Source: Pirellulales bacterium
Lineage (GTDB): Bacteria; Planctomycetota; Planctomycetia; Pirellulales; JBGAPH01
DNA length: 64,000 nucleotides
Direction: 5' to 3'
NCBI GenBank assembly: GCA_046349955.1
Contig: JAXMBI010000007.1
Span: 5,944 to 69,943, forward strand
This document shows, piece by piece, positions 27,000-35,817 of the stretch. Under the pieces are notes generated by a model. That model made no database searches and was not told where the DNA came from. It saw only the letters and a list, made by a program, of their open reading frames with translations. The translations under genes were made by a program, and so were the position numbers. Within the stretch, counting starts at the first letter, position 1, and the number at the start of each line of letters is the position of its first letter.

Positions 27000-27653
27000 T
27001 CAGCGAACGCGCGTCACCCGCTCGATGACCACGGCCTGCTGCGGCACGCTCGGCAGCTCGCCCTGCGGCGCCGCCGGCAGGGCGGCGATCTTGTCGAGCA
27101 CCTCGAACCCCTCCACCACCTTGCCGAAGACGCAGTAGCCGTAATCAGCCGGTTCGCGTCCCTGATGGTCGAGCTGGGTGTTGTCGGCCAGATTGAAGAA
27201 GAACTGACAGGTGGTGCTGTCGATCACCTCGGGTGAGCGGGCGCAGGCGAGCGTGCCCCGCGTGTTCTTGAGGCCGTTGTCGGCCTCGTTGCGGATGGGG
27301 CGCTGGTCGGTCGCCTTTTCCGTCAGCGACTCGGTGTAGCCGCCGGCGGCGGCGATGAAGCCAGGCTCGACCTGGTGAAAGACGGTGCCCGCGTAGTGCC
27401 CGGCGTCCGCATATCCCAGAAAGTTGTTCACGCTAATCGGGGCGTTCTCGCCGTCGAGCTCCACCGTGATGGCCCCCTGGTTGGTGACCAACCGCAGCCG
27501 TGGGTGCAGCGTGTCGGGGGCCGGGGCCGAGGGAGGCGCAGAGCCGTCGCTCGCCGCCGCCTGGTCGCCGGTCGGCGCGGCCGCATCGCCGCCGCACCCA
27601 GCTGCCAAGAGCGCCAGGAACACACCGAGAGTCGAAAGGCTTCGGTTCATCAC
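27000..27653 (-). CDS. Cyclophilin-type peptidyl-prolyl cis-trans isomerase, lipoprotein
   Basis: MMNRSLSTLGVFLALLAAGCGG lipobox. FHQVEPGFIAAAGGY and GTLACARSPEVIDSTTCQFFFNL match cyclophilin core motifs (FHRV.GF..QGG, SMAN...SQFFI). Confidence 0.85.
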   Translation of the reverse strand: MMNRSLSTLGVFLALLAAGCGGDAAAPTGDQAAASDGSAPPSAPAPDTLHPRLRLVTNQGAITVELDGENAPISVNNFLGYADAGHYAGTVFHQVEPGFIAAAGGYTESLTEKATDQRPIRNEADNGLKNTRGTLACARSPEVIDSTTCQFFFNLADNTQLDHQGREPADYGYCVFGKVVEGFEVLDKIAALPAAPQGELPSVPQQAVVIERVTRVR

Positions 27654-27810
27654 GTTCGGTCTCCGTACCTCGCGTAAGAAACGCTGCGCTGGCGCGGGCG
27701 CCTTGGGGCGGAAACCCGCGCAGCGTGCAGGGGGCGTATGATGCCGATTTGCCCCGGCCGCCGCAACGGCGGTTCAGGTTTGCTAGCACGCGGGAAATGG
27801 GGCCAGCGAT

Positions 27811-27893
27811 GTAGGGTGGGTCAAGCGAAGCGCAGACCCACCACGCTGCCGCCTACGTGGATCCTGGTGGGTCTGCGCGCTTGACCCACCCTT
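27811..27893. repeat. Inverted pair of GTAGGGTGGGTCAAGCGAAGCGCAGACCCACC repeats
   Basis: Left copy at 27811-27842, right inverted copy ggtgggtctgcgcgcttgacccaccctta at about 27867-27893. Another copy at 63141-63170. Lies downstream of the ferredoxin gene. Confidence 0.7.
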
Positions 27894-27917
27894 ACGAGCT
27901 GGACCCACCCGTACGGC

Positions 27918-28313
27918 CTAGCCGTTGGTGGCTTTGAGCTCGGCCAGATGCTGGGCGGTGCCGACCAGCCGGTCCCAGTGCTCGTGAATGTATTCCGGCG
28001 GGCCGCCAATCTGCGAGACGACCAGGGCCAACTGTTCGGTCGGCACCATCTCGATCGCGTCCCAGGGGCACACACGCAGGTCGTAGGGGTTGGTCTTCTT
28101 CTGGGGAATCCGCACGCAAACTTCGCAGCCCACGCAGCGCTCGAAGTCGATCTGGCACCAGCTCTGCAAACTGCCTAAGTCGTTGTATTGCTGCACCTTT
28201 TCGATGCAGTCGACGGGGCAGACCTCGAGACACGCCTCGCAGCCGGTGCAATTGTCGGCGTTGATGACGGCGATCTCTTTGGGCAGTTTCTTGCGCGGCC
28301 CTTGCTTAGCCAT
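27918..28313 (-). CDS. 4Fe-4S dicluster ferredoxin-domain protein
   Basis: CTGCEACLEVCP (CxxCxxCxxxCP), then CVGCEVC...VCP. ATG at 28313 (MAKQGPRKK). Confidence 0.8.
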   Translation of the reverse strand: MAKQGPRKKLPKEIAVINADNCTGCEACLEVCPVDCIEKVQQYNDLGSLQSWCQIDFERCVGCEVCVRIPQKKTNPYDLRVCPWDAIEMVPTEQLALVVSQIGGPPEYIHEHWDRLVGTAQHLAELKATNG

Positions 28314-28468
28314 GCGGGGGTCCTGCGTGCGGAGCGAGCGGGTTCGGTGTCGGCCAGGCAGCTTGGGCAGACTCGAGCGAGCCACCCGCTGACTAGCCAA
28401 TCTTAGAGACAAATCGGCCAGACGCCAACTGCCGGATGCGGGCAATCGGCTGAAATCCCGCTGAACCC

Positions 28469-28534
28469 GGACAGGCTGGAAGCCTGTCCCATGAGTGCAG
28501 AGGCCGTCCTCGTGGCACAGGCTTCCAGCCTGTG
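28469..28534. repeat. ACAGGCTGGAAGCCTGT hairpin repeats (two copies)
   Basis: ggacaggctggaagcctgtcc (28469-28489) and cacaggcttccagcctgtg (28516-28534). Each is a self-complementary 7-bp stem. Confidence 0.6.
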
Positions 28535-28552
28535 TAGTTCGTTGGGGAAGCT

Positions 28553-29053
28553 CTACCCCTCGAACTGCACGGCCATCAGCAGCACGTCGTCGTAGGCGCC
28601 GTCCAGCTTTCGCCCGCGGACTCTGCGTCCCTCCTCGCGAAACCCGAAGGCGCGGTAGAGCGCGACGGCCGCCTTGTTCGACGTGAAGACATCGAGCTGC
28701 ACGCGTTCGAGGCCCCGGGCGCGCGCCTGCTCGAGCGCCGCGGCCAAGAGCCGTTTGCCGATCCCCTGCCCCCGGTAGCCGGCGGCGACTCCCATGCCGA
28801 GCGTGCCGCCGTGGGCGAAGCCTTCGGTGCGGCTACGGCGAATGTCGCACCAGCCGATGAGCTGGTCGCCGTCGAGCGCGACGAGCGAAATGTCGTCGTG
28901 TGCGGCCAAGTCGAGCACGAACCGCTCGGTCTCCTCGAGCGTGAAGCCTGCGGTCGTGGCGAGATAACGCCGCTCTCGCGCCACCGCGTCAACACAATCA
29001 CGCAAGCCCTCGACGTGATCGAGCGACATCGGTCCGATCGTCACGCGGGACAT
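28553..29053 (-). CDS. GNAT family N-acetyltransferase
   Basis: GVAAGYRGQGIGKRLLAAALEQARARG (acetyl-CoA Q/RxxGxG/A motif) and VFTSNKAAVALYRAFGF. Confidence 0.8.
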   Translation of the reverse strand: MSRVTIGPMSLDHVEGLRDCVDAVARERRYLATTAGFTLEETERFVLDLAAHDDISLVALDGDQLIGWCDIRRSRTEGFAHGGTLGMGVAAGYRGQGIGKRLLAAALEQARARGLERVQLDVFTSNKAAVALYRAFGFREEGRRVRGRKLDGAYDDVLLMAVQFEG

Positions 29054-29059
29054 TTTCTC

Positions 29060-29250
29060 ACCACGGAGACACGGAGGCACGGAGAGGAGCTTTACCGCAG
29101 AGGACGCGGAGGACGCAGAGATGTGAAGAAAGAGGTCGAACCACGAAGACTCAAAGACACGAAGAGACTTGGTTCCGACGTTGTGCCTTCGTGCCTTTGT
29201 GGTTCGTTCCTGGCTCCTCTCTGCGTCCTCCGCGTCCTCCGCGGTAAGAA
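29060..29250. repeat. Nested imperfect palindromic element of about 190 bp
   Basis: Outer arms ttaccgcagaggacgcggaggacgcagag (29092-29120) and ctctgcgtcctccgcgtcctccgcggtaa (29219-29247) differ by one mismatch. Inner arms gaaccacgaag... and cttcgtgcctttgtggttc. No ORF inside. Confidence 0.65.
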
Positions 29251-29276
29251 GAGATTCCTCGTCGCTAGGTTCGCGG

Positions 29277-32200
29277 TTACTTAGGCCGTTGGGCCAAGAG
29301 GTAGGCCAACAGGTCGTAGAAGTCGGGCTCCGCCACGAGGTCGGCCACGTTGGCTGGCATGGCCGAGAGGTTGGCCGTTTGCTGTGACTCGATCTGGTCG
29401 CTCGGCACGAGCACTTCCTTCCCTTCGCTGTCGGCCAGCACCACGGTCTGCCCCTCCTCGCGGAGCTTGAGCCCCGTGAGCACGCGGCCGTCGTCGGTGA
29501 CGAGAGTTAGGGCGCGAAATGCCTGATCGACGTTCCGGTTCGGGTCGAGCACGTCCTCGAGCAGGCGGTCGAGGCCGCGAATGCCGATGCCGTCGAGTTC
29601 GGGGCCGATCTTGGCGCCGCGCTGCGCGAGGCGGTGGCACAGCGCGCACCGCGTTTCGAACACCTTCTGACCGCGCTCCGCCGAGGGCGCCGCCCCTTCG
29701 TAGCCTTGCCGGCGGGCAGCGATCAGGGCCGTGAGCCGTTCGTTCAGCGGAGGCAACCCGGCAGTGAGTTGCTCCACCCGGGCTTCGGCGTCCGGCAATC
29801 CGCTCACCTTCAACCGCTCGCGAACGATCGCCTCGCTGAACAGCGCGGCCGAGGCCTTGCCGGCGGCGATCGCCGTAAGCAGTTGGTCGGCCCCTTGGGC
29901 GTTGCCGGCCAGTCCGGCCGCAATCACGACGGCCAGGCGATCGGGCGCGGTGGGCAACAGTTCGAGCAGCTTGCCGCGGGCGGCCGGAGCGTCGATCGCC
30001 GCCAGGCCCATCGCCGCCTTCTGCCGCAGGTCGAGCGGCTCGCCGCCCCGTCCCGCGACGGCCGCGAGCACCTCAACGCTCCCAAGACCGTCGACCGCCA
30101 GGCAAGCGTCGATGGCCGTGGGCCGCAACCCCGTGTAAGGGCTTTCGCCGGCTACCTTGAGCAGCGTGTCATGCACGCCGCGGAGCTTGAGATCGCGGGC
30201 CAGCTCGATGCCCGAGCGCTGCCGATGTTCTTCGGCGCCTGCGAGCATGGCTTCGGCTAGGCGGTCAGCCCAAGTCACGACCGTCGGCGGCAGCGTCTGG
30301 CCCCGCGCGAGCGCCGCCCGCTGCAGCGATTGGATCAAGGCGACCTGCAAACCTTCGGGCGCGCCGCCGTGGGCGGTGGCGAGCACGTATTCGTAGAGCT
30401 TCGCCTGATCGGCCGCGCTCCCCTGGCGGGCAACATGTGCGACGTAAGGTTCGCACTCGTCCACGGCAATCAGCTTGCTCTCGAGCGCCGCGAGCACGTA
30501 GGCCGCGGCCTCGGGCGTCGCCGCCCCCAGGCTCACCTCGGCCAGCCGCCGCGCGACCTCGGGCTGCTGCGCCCAGGGACCGAGCGCCGCAATCAGACCC
30601 GGCGCCGCCACGTGGTCGCGCAGGGCCATGCGCACCACGTGAACGAGATGCGTGTCGTCGGGCCGCGTGTTGTTCCAGAGCACGAGCAGCGGCGCGACCG
30701 ATTTGGCCTCGGGATGCCGCCCCAGGGCGTCGGCCGCGGCGCGGCGCACATAGGGATCATCATCCTCGAGCCGCTCACGCAAACGCTCAGCGATCCCGAG
30801 CCGCGAAGCCTTCCAATCGGGCCGCTCCGCCAGCAGCTTGATCACATGCACGCGGAGCAGCCGATCCGAGGCGTTCAAGAGCCGCGCGAGCTGCTGGTCG
30901 CTCAGGCCGCCCAGTCGTTCGACCACCCACATCGCGTGAACTTGTTGCCGAGCGCTCGCCGAGCTTGCGAGCACGGCGGCCGACATTGGGCCCGCGGGGG
31001 CGCCGATCCGCTCGACGAGTTGGTTGGTGGCCGTCACCCGCACCCACAGGTTCTCGTGATCGAGCAGCTTCACGATTTCTGCGGCCGACGACTGGCCCAA
31101 GTCTCCCGGCGATTGGGCGGCCCGGCCCTCGCCGGTGTAAACGATCCGCCAGATGCGGCCGCGCGAACGGTCGCGGCGCGGGTGCGTGAGCGGAACTTCG
31201 TAGTGGCCGATGATGCAGTTGTAGAAATCGGCGACGTACAGCGCGCCATCCGGGCCCAGCTTGATGTCGACCGGGCGAAACCACGGATCGTCGCAAGAGA
31301 CGAAGTCGGGCTGTTCGATCGCTTCGCTCGTAGAGCCATAGAACTTCACCTTGTCGTGATTGATCCGCCCCGTCACGGGATTGCCGATGAACACGCTGCC
31401 CCGCCACTCGGCCGGAAACTGATCGGCCTCGTACCAGACCACGCCGGCGATGCCGGTCGAGCCATGCAGGTGACTGATCATCGTCGGGCCAAAGCCCAGC
31501 CCGTCGTGCGGCTTGCCAAAGCTCGGATACCAGGCGCCCCGCAGGAGCTGATAGACCGGCAGCGTGTGGCAATCGGACGTGTAGACGTTGCCCAGCGGAT
31601 CGAAGCACATGCCGAACGGGTTCACCTGGCCGTGCGTGAAGTACTCGATCGTCGAACCGTCGGCGCGGAACCGATAGGTGTTGCCCGAGTTCATCTTGAT
31701 CGCCTTGTCGTCGGCGCCGCGGACGGTGGAGTCGTTGGCGTAGCCGTGGCAGGCGTAGACCCAACCGTCGATCCAGGGAGTGAACGAGCTGGCCATGCCG
31801 TGGGTATCGCGAAAGCCGATGTCGCCGAACAGCACCTCGCGCCGGTCAGCCTTGCCGTCGCCGTCGCTGTCGGTGACGCGATTGATCGTGGGAATCGAGT
31901 GGGCGATGGCGCCGCCGGCGATGGGCAGCACGCCGATGGGAATGTTCAGGCCGTCGGCGAACACCTGCACGCGCCCCGCGCGGCCGTCAGGGCCGAATTG
32001 GTCGTAGATTCGCAGCGTATCGCGGGGTTTGGCGTCTCCCTTGGCGGGCCAGGGATACTCCACCGACTGCGTCACCCACAGCCGCCCGGCCGGATCGAAG
32101 GCCAGGTTCATCGGCTTCTGCACCTCGGGCTCGGCGGCCACGAGCTGAATCTCGAAGCCCGGCGGCAGGCGAAACTTCTTCTGCTGCTCCTCGGGCGAAA

Positions 32201-32303
32201 TCGCCTCGGTGGGGGCCACGAGCAGTGGATCTTCGGCCGCCGACAATAAGGCCGGCGCGCCAACGACAAGCGCCAGCGCGAACAACGATCGGTAGCGGCT
32301 CAC
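29277..32303 (-). CDS. PVC-type large secreted protein: dehydrogenase-like beta-propeller domain, HEAT repeats and a C-terminal CxxCH cytochrome c domain
   Basis: PPGFEIQLVAAEPEVQKPMNLAFDPAGRLWV (Pirellula/Verrucomicrobium N-terminal domain type), a long HEAT-like middle, and GQKVFETRCALCHRLAQRGAKIGPELDGIG (haem-binding domain). GTG 32303 or ATG 32354. Confidence 0.8.
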   Translation of the reverse strand: MSRYRSLFALALVVGAPALLSAAEDPLLVAPTEAISPEEQQKKFRLPPGFEIQLVAAEPEVQKPMNLAFDPAGRLWVTQSVEYPWPAKGDAKPRDTLRIYDQFGPDGRAGRVQVFADGLNIPIGVLPIAGGAIAHSIPTINRVTDSDGDGKADRREVLFGDIGFRDTHGMASSFTPWIDGWVYACHGYANDSTVRGADDKAIKMNSGNTYRFRADGSTIEYFTHGQVNPFGMCFDPLGNVYTSDCHTLPVYQLLRGAWYPSFGKPHDGLGFGPTMISHLHGSTGIAGVVWYEADQFPAEWRGSVFIGNPVTGRINHDKVKFYGSTSEAIEQPDFVSCDDPWFRPVDIKLGPDGALYVADFYNCIIGHYEVPLTHPRRDRSRGRIWRIVYTGEGRAAQSPGDLGQSSAAEIVKLLDHENLWVRVTATNQLVERIGAPAGPMSAAVLASSASARQQVHAMWVVERLGGLSDQQLARLLNASDRLLRVHVIKLLAERPDWKASRLGIAERLRERLEDDDPYVRRAAADALGRHPEAKSVAPLLVLWNNTRPDDTHLVHVVRMALRDHVAAPGLIAALGPWAQQPEVARRLAEVSLGAATPEAAAYVLAALESKLIAVDECEPYVAHVARQGSAADQAKLYEYVLATAHGGAPEGLQVALIQSLQRAALARGQTLPPTVVTWADRLAEAMLAGAEEHRQRSGIELARDLKLRGVHDTLLKVAGESPYTGLRPTAIDACLAVDGLGSVEVLAAVAGRGGEPLDLRQKAAMGLAAIDAPAARGKLLELLPTAPDRLAVVIAAGLAGNAQGADQLLTAIAAGKASAALFSEAIVRERLKVSGLPDAEARVEQLTAGLPPLNERLTALIAARRQGYEGAAPSAERGQKVFETRCALCHRLAQRGAKIGPELDGIGIRGLDRLLEDVLDPNRNVDQAFRALTLVTDDGRVLTGLKLREEGQTVVLADSEGKEVLVPSDQIESQQTANLSAMPANVADLVAEPDFYDLLAYLLAQRPK

Positions 32304-32439
32304 AAGAACGGCCTCGAGCTTGGCGGGACGACACGCGGAGCGGCCAGGAAGCACGGGCGCCTGGCCGGAGGAAGGGCTAGCGCCAGTCTAAGTGCGCCCC
32401 GCGGGGCCGACAAGCTAAGGGAAGGGCGTTCTCGCCTGA

Positions 32440-34728
32440 CTAGAGTGGCCGGGTCAGCCGAGGCAACCGCAGTTGCCCTGCGCTCGTGGGCGGCGGCCCG
32501 CCGTCGACCGCAGGCAAGCCTTCAACTCCGGGTAGTTGAGTCGTCGGCGCGGGGGCTGAAGGCAACTGCGGAGGCGCTCCGCCGGTCGGCGGCGCCAGGA
32601 TCTCATTCGACGGAGGAAACTGGCTCGGGCCTTCGGTTCCGCCGGGCGGAGGGGGCGGCAGCATTCCCTCGGCCGGAGCGCCGCTGGGGGAAGGCTGGCC
32701 GGCATCGACACCGGGAGCCGGAATCGCCTCGGGAGCCACGGTCGGGCCTTGCTGCGGCGCCGCGTCGATTTCCGGGGTGGTGGCGATCGCCGGATCGCAG
32801 GATTGCGCTTCGTTCCGCTGGGGATGCGAGAAGACGTAGCTGATGCGATCGTCCCACTTCTGAATCTTTTCCGCCTGGAGATAGGCGTCGGCCGGCCACG
32901 GGCCTTCGGCTAGGCCCACGCCGTCGTAGTCGAGCAGCGATCCCTTGGCGACGTGAATGTTCTTGATGGCCAGCGCGTAGTCGGTGACCGAGCGGAAGAA
33001 GGCCACCTCGGCCTGCGCCCGCACTTGCTGGGTACGAACCAACAGGTCGAGCGTAGCTCGGCCCACATCGTAAGCGGCTTGCACCGCAGCTACTTGCTCT
33101 TGGGCGGCCTTACGGCGGTTCAAATTCGTCTGCACCAAGGTAAAGGCCCGGTCGGAATCAGCCATGGCGTTGCTCAGCTCGAAGGCCACCTGCTCCTCTT
33201 CATCGCGGAGGATGGCTTGTTCGCGGGCAATCTGCAGGCGGACGTTGCGCATGTTGGCCATGGCGCGACGGAAGCCGAGCGGCATGCTGAACTGCAAGCC
33301 AGTCGACCAGTCTTGGTAGTTGCCGTCGAAGAGGGTGCCGAAGGCGCTGTTGAACGGTTGGCTGCCCGGCGAGCCGGCGCCCGTGAGATCGTCGCCGAAG
33401 CCGCGCCAGCGGTAGAGGGCCACGGCGTCCAACTGCGGCAGCAGGAAGTTGCGGGCCGCCACCATTTGCATTTCGCGGCTGCGAATCTGCAAGCGTTGAC
33501 GCCGCAGTTCCACCCGGCGAACCACTGCTTCGTTGACCAACTGCGCCCAGTCAAACGTGACCTGCGCGGCCAAAGGCTCGTCGCTGGGCCGGATCAGACG
33601 GCCGTCGGTCTGTGGCAGCCGCAGCAGCCGGCGGAGCCGGCGCTCGCTCGCAAACACGCCCGCGGTGGCTGTGCTCCCGGCCAGCGCGTCTTGCACCTGC
33701 GCCTCGAACGTGAACAACTGCTCGCGCGCTTGGGCCTCGTTCTCGGCTTCGCCGCCCACGCGCCCCACCAAGTACAAGGCATGCACCCTCCGCCACGTTT
33801 CCAGAGCGGCGTCGCGGGCGGCCCGCGCGGCGTCAAGGTTGCGGTACGCGAAGCCGAGTTCCCAGTAGGCGTTTTCGACGTCGCTCAGGTAGACGATTAC
33901 GCTCCGCTCGAAGTCGTGTTGGGCGACGTCGGCAGTGATCCGGGCCAGCACAACGCCGTTGGCGAAGAAGAAGCCCGGCGTAGCGCCCGGACCGGCGATG
34001 CGGTTGAAGTTGACGCCAGCGCCCTGCAACAACGGCTGCCGCATCTCGGCTTCGACATTGTTGGTCCAAGCGCTAGGAAACCGGTTGGTCGGCTGATTTG
34101 TGGCCGAATAGTCTGTGATGTTCCGCAGGTTGAACAAGGCGCCCGTGGCGGCCCGCTTCGAGAGTTGGGTCTGCGCGTTCATCAGTTGCTGTTGCGAGAC
34201 CGGCACTAGGCCGAACACGGGCTGCACGTTGAGCGGCTGATCGACGTGCGTGCCGCTGACGCTGGCGGTCCAGACCGGGTCGAACTGGCTGAGGGCCGCT
34301 TCCACACCGAACTGCGGATTGCTTTCCGCGATCGCGGGGTCGTAGAGCGTCGCCGCGCTGGCCGGGTTCGTGATCACGCGGGCCTGCAGGTCACGCATGA
34401 CCTCGCTTTGAGAGAGACCCAGGCGGATCGCTTCTTCCAGGCTGAGATCCCAGAATTCGCTCGAGCCGGGGGTGCGCAGACTGCGCGGGGTGATGGCCGT
34501 CGAGGGGTCGATCGACTCGCCTTCGGGCAGCACCGGCTGCTTCGCCATATTCTCGTAATATGCGAAGTTTTGGTCTTCCTTGAAGTCGAAGCGGCGGAAA
34601 TTGCAGCCCCCGGCGAAGACGGCGGTAAGACAGGCCGTTAGGAGCAACTGGGAAAGCCAGTTGCCGGTTCTGCGCGTAGCCGGAGACCGGGTTGCCAATG
34701 CACGGGTGAGAACGTCGTGATTCCGCAC
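32440..34728 (-). CDS. TolC-family outer membrane efflux protein with Pro-rich C-terminal extension
   Basis: Lipobox LTAVFAGGC. LSLEEAIRLGLSQSE and two helical repeat halves (..AARAARDAALETWRRV.., ..AAQEQVAAVQAAYDVGRATLDLLV..). The last roughly 130 aa are Pro/Gly/Ala low complexity. GTG start at 34728. Confidence 0.7.
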   Translation of the reverse strand: MRNHDVLTRALATRSPATRRTGNWLSQLLLTACLTAVFAGGCNFRRFDFKEDQNFAYYENMAKQPVLPEGESIDPSTAITPRSLRTPGSSEFWDLSLEEAIRLGLSQSEVMRDLQARVITNPASAATLYDPAIAESNPQFGVEAALSQFDPVWTASVSGTHVDQPLNVQPVFGLVPVSQQQLMNAQTQLSKRAATGALFNLRNITDYSATNQPTNRFPSAWTNNVEAEMRQPLLQGAGVNFNRIAGPGATPGFFFANGVVLARITADVAQHDFERSVIVYLSDVENAYWELGFAYRNLDAARAARDAALETWRRVHALYLVGRVGGEAENEAQAREQLFTFEAQVQDALAGSTATAGVFASERRLRRLLRLPQTDGRLIRPSDEPLAAQVTFDWAQLVNEAVVRRVELRRQRLQIRSREMQMVAARNFLLPQLDAVALYRWRGFGDDLTGAGSPGSQPFNSAFGTLFDGNYQDWSTGLQFSMPLGFRRAMANMRNVRLQIAREQAILRDEEEQVAFELSNAMADSDRAFTLVQTNLNRRKAAQEQVAAVQAAYDVGRATLDLLVRTQQVRAQAEVAFFRSVTDYALAIKNIHVAKGSLLDYDGVGLAEGPWPADAYLQAEKIQKWDDRISYVFSHPQRNEAQSCDPAIATTPEIDAAPQQGPTVAPEAIPAPGVDAGQPSPSGAPAEGMLPPPPPGGTEGPSQFPPSNEILAPPTGGAPPQLPSAPAPTTQLPGVEGLPAVDGGPPPTSAGQLRLPRLTRPL

Positions 34729-35105
34729 GCGATCGCGCTCCTAACACCGAGGGGCACGGGGGGCCCAGTCGCATTTGCGATTCTCGCTCAGACACCGCGC
34801 AACGCGCGGCAACGCCCCCGAGCAGTACAACCGCACTTTCCCGTGCATTCGGTATCGGCCCTACAGACGGAGCGCGTGATCGTGGCCGTTAGCTTCGGCA
34901 AACTCGTTCCGAGTCGCCCAGCTTTCCAGAAAACGCCCCCTCGGCGACGGGGGGGCTGGCGCAGGCGTCGCTTTAGGGCGAAAAAAAATCGGCCGTGCGA
35001 GGGGTAAGTCGCCGAAGGAAGAAGACAGGGATCGTGCCGGATCTGGCGACCTTCCGGCTTCGCAAGCGCTCCCTTCGACCTCAGACCTGCCCTCGGAGGC
35101 TGCCC

Positions 35106-35708
35106 GTGCTGTTGGCAAACTTTGGCCGAGTCCTGATGCTGATGCTGATGCTAGGCGGTCTTGCCTCGCAGGCTGCGGCCCAGGATCCGGCCATGACGAA
35201 CCGTGAAGACGCGGTGTTCGATCCGCCGGCGGCAGTCGAGCCGAACGAGGCGCCGTCGGCGCGGGCCGAAGTGTTTCGCTCGATGGGCTTTCGCCGCATT
35301 ACCGACCTGGGAGTCAGCATCGCGCCGCCGCCGGGACGTCTGCCCGACCCGATTACGACGCCGCCGACCTCGCAGGAGCCCGGCGCCGCGATCGCCGGTT
35401 TGGAATACCGGTACTCGCTGCAGCCCTTCTACTGGGAGTCTTCGGCGCTGTGCCACAAGCCGATCTACTTCGAAGACTGGCGACTGGAACGCGCGGCTCG
35501 CTCGTACCGTCCGGCCGTGCAGTTCCCCCTGTCGTTTGGCAAGTACTACTCGCGGTTCGCCGCGGCGCCAGCGCTGCTGGTCGTCCATCCTCCTTGGACG
35601 AAGATCTATGTCCTGGGCTATGGCCGGGCCTCGGAGGAACTGGTCAACCATCCGGTTCCGTTCCCGCTGGAATGGACCGGCAAGAGCGCTCCGCCTGAAC
35701 AGTTCTAA
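35106..35708 (+). CDS. Hypothetical secreted protein
   Basis: Signal peptide LLANFGRVLMLMLMLGGLASQAAAQ. Conserved-looking segment LCHKPIYFEDWRLER. The function is not recognised. Start is GTG 35106 or ATG 35136. Confidence 0.4.
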   Translation: MLLANFGRVLMLMLMLGGLASQAAAQDPAMTNREDAVFDPPAAVEPNEAPSARAEVFRSMGFRRITDLGVSIAPPPGRLPDPITTPPTSQEPGAAIAGLEYRYSLQPFYWESSALCHKPIYFEDWRLERAARSYRPAVQFPLSFGKYYSRFAAAPALLVVHPPWTKIYVLGYGRASEELVNHPVPFPLEWTGKSAPPEQF

Positions 35709-35817
35709 GCCTGAGCCGCACCCGCCCGCCTAAACTCGGCGCGCTAAGCGAACGGGGACTCGCTGGCTTGCCAGGGGGCGGCACGCTAAGATCGGCGCTT
35801 GGCAACAGGCCGGTCCC

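Noticed and set aside
30330-32249. 639-aa plus-strand ORF
   Set aside because: Antisense to the PVC-type haem/dehydrogenase-domain gene. The same reasoning applies to 2678-4099(-), 13049-14305(-), 14326-15780(-), 23005-24252(-), 24087-25328(-), 32953-34209(+) and 43650-44648(-).
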